From Chiloscyllium plagiosum (lineage: Eukaryota), in the NCBI RefSeq assembly GCF_004010195.1, contig NC_057752.1, forward strand, positions 5,981,991-6,018,082: a DNA stretch of 36,092 nucleotides. The letters run 5' to 3'. Each line of letters starts with the position of its first letter. The stretch's first letter is position 1. Below, piece after piece: positions 34,922 to 36,092 of this stretch. Under the pieces are notes generated by a model, which was not told the DNA's origin, made no database searches, and saw nothing but the letters and a program-made list of their open reading frames with translations. The translations under genes were made by a program, and so were the position numbers.

Positions 34922-35186
34922 ATTAGAGGGATATGGGCCAAGTGCTGGCAAATGGGACTAGATTAGTATATCTGGTCAGCATGGATGAGTTGGACCAAAG
35001 GGTCTGTTTCCATTTTGTATGACTCTGTACCAGCGGCTTATAGATTAGAGAACATTATGAGGGTTGGGAGTGGCAAGGCTGTGGAGGGATTTGAAACAAG
35101 GATTCTCCCAGGCGAACTCAGTCAACAGAGAAAATGGTGTTGGGGTGTAACAAGTGCTTCAGTTGTACTGGCAGATTATCTCACTG

Positions 35187-35416
35187 GGGGTGGCACAGTG
35201 GTTAGCATTGCTGCCTCACAGCGCCAGAGACCTGGGTTCAATTCCTGCCTCAGGCAACTGTCTGTGTGGAGTTTGCACATTTCCCATGTGTCTGTGTGGG
35301 TTTCCTCCCACAGTCCAAAAATGTGCAGGTTAGGTAAATTGGCCATGCTAAATTTCCCGTAGTGTTAGGTGTAGGGGAATGGGTCTGGGTGGATTGCTCT
35401 TTGGAGGGTCAGTGTG
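35187..35416 (+). mobile_element. HE1-type V-SINE, 3' truncated
   Basis: GGTGGCACAGTGGTTAGC, GGTTCAATTCC, V-domain. Confidence 0.88.
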
Positions 35417-35444
35417 CACTCATTCCAGCCTCTGCAACATTTGT

Positions 35445-35731
35445 GGGCGGCACGGTGGCACAGTGGTTAGCACTGCTGCCTCACAGCGCCTGAGACCCAG
35501 GTTCAATTCCCGCCTCAGACAACTGACTGTGTGGAGTTTGCAAGTTCTCCCCGTGTCTGCGTGGGTTTCCTCTGGGTGCTCCGGTCAGGTGAATTGGCCA
35601 TGCTAAATTTCCCGTAGTGTTAGGTGAAGGGGTAAATGTAGGGGTATGGGTGGGTTGCGCTTCGGCGGGTCGGTGTGGACTTGTTGGGCCGAAGGGCCTG
35701 TTTCCACACTGTAATGTAATCTAATCTAATC
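35445..35731 (+). mobile_element. HE1-type V-SINE with internal deletion and (TAATC)n tail
   Basis: GGGCGGCACGGTGGCACAGTGGTTAGC...GGGCCTGTTTCCACACTGTAATGTAATCTAATCTAATC; CpGs retained, so probably young. Confidence 0.92.
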
Positions 35732-35862
35732 AAAAGGACTGAAATCCCATGTCCTAACTGTATCACCTTGTCATAATTGGTTGCTTAGTGTTTTCCAAAC
35801 AGATTAAATGTTGAGCCGAGAAGGAAGAACTATTTCTCTAACTTGGTACACACCTTTCCTGA

Positions 35863-36092
35863 AAATGTGTTGCTGGAAAAGCGCAGCAGGTCAGGCAGCA
35901 TCCAAGGAACAGGAGAATCGACGTTTCGGGCATAAGCCCTTCTTCAGGAATGAGGAAAGTGTGTCCAGCAGGCTAAGATAAAAGGTAGGGAGGAGGGACT
36001 TAGGGGAGGGGCGTTGGGAATGCGATAGGTGGAAGGAGGTCAAGGTGAGGGTGATAGGCCGGAGTGGGGTGGGGGCGGAGAGGTCAGGAAGA
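35863..36092 (-). mobile_element. Penelope-derived pLTR element running off the window end; hammerhead core at 35920-35947
   Basis: Near-identical to the reverse complement of ~20790-21020; minus CTGAAGA-A-GGGC-TTAT-GCCC-GAAA-CG-TC. Confidence 0.85.

Larger units (their letters stand above)
34453..35027 (+). mobile_element. CR1 LINE 3' fragment interrupted by a Penelope-derived element
   Basis: RGDLIEVYKVMRG...GKSRTRGHHFRVRGERYKRELRGNFFTQ; continues after 34921. Confidence 0.9.

Noticed and set aside
35445..35515. tRNA gene
   Set aside because: The A/B boxes belong to the tRNA-derived head of an HE1 SINE and continue into the SINE body.

Overview
Vertebrate genomic DNA, almost certainly from a shark (HE1-type V-SINEs, shark-type CR1 LINEs and Penelope-derived repeats; the species assignment is inference). 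Three spliced protein-coding genes can be reconstructed by hand. (1) The last two coding exons of FKBP11 (+), joined by a non-canonical GC-AG intron. (2) A complete 8-coding-exon CCDC65/DRC2 (-, 493 aa), tail-to-tail with FKBP11, with a probable CpG-rich promoter carrying an RFX X-box about 4.4 kb upstream of the ATG. (3) A complete 3-exon neuropeptide FF (NPFF/PQRFamide) precursor (+, 132 aa) that the ORF track largely misses. The NPFF precursor encodes the two expected PQRFamide peptides plus an apparently processable third peptide ending in an atypical PGKF-amide. The rest is repeat-dense: CR1 and L2-like LINE fragments, HE1 and Deu-domain SINEs, a fold-back Penelope-like element, several short Penelope-derived elements carrying minimal hammerhead ribozyme cores and 10-17 bp TSDs, two MITEs, a solo LTR, and an unexplained ~400-bp-arm inverted repeat between CCDC65 and NPFF. 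There is one 59-N assembly gap. Repeat boundaries are approximate and family names come from pattern recognition, not database searches.
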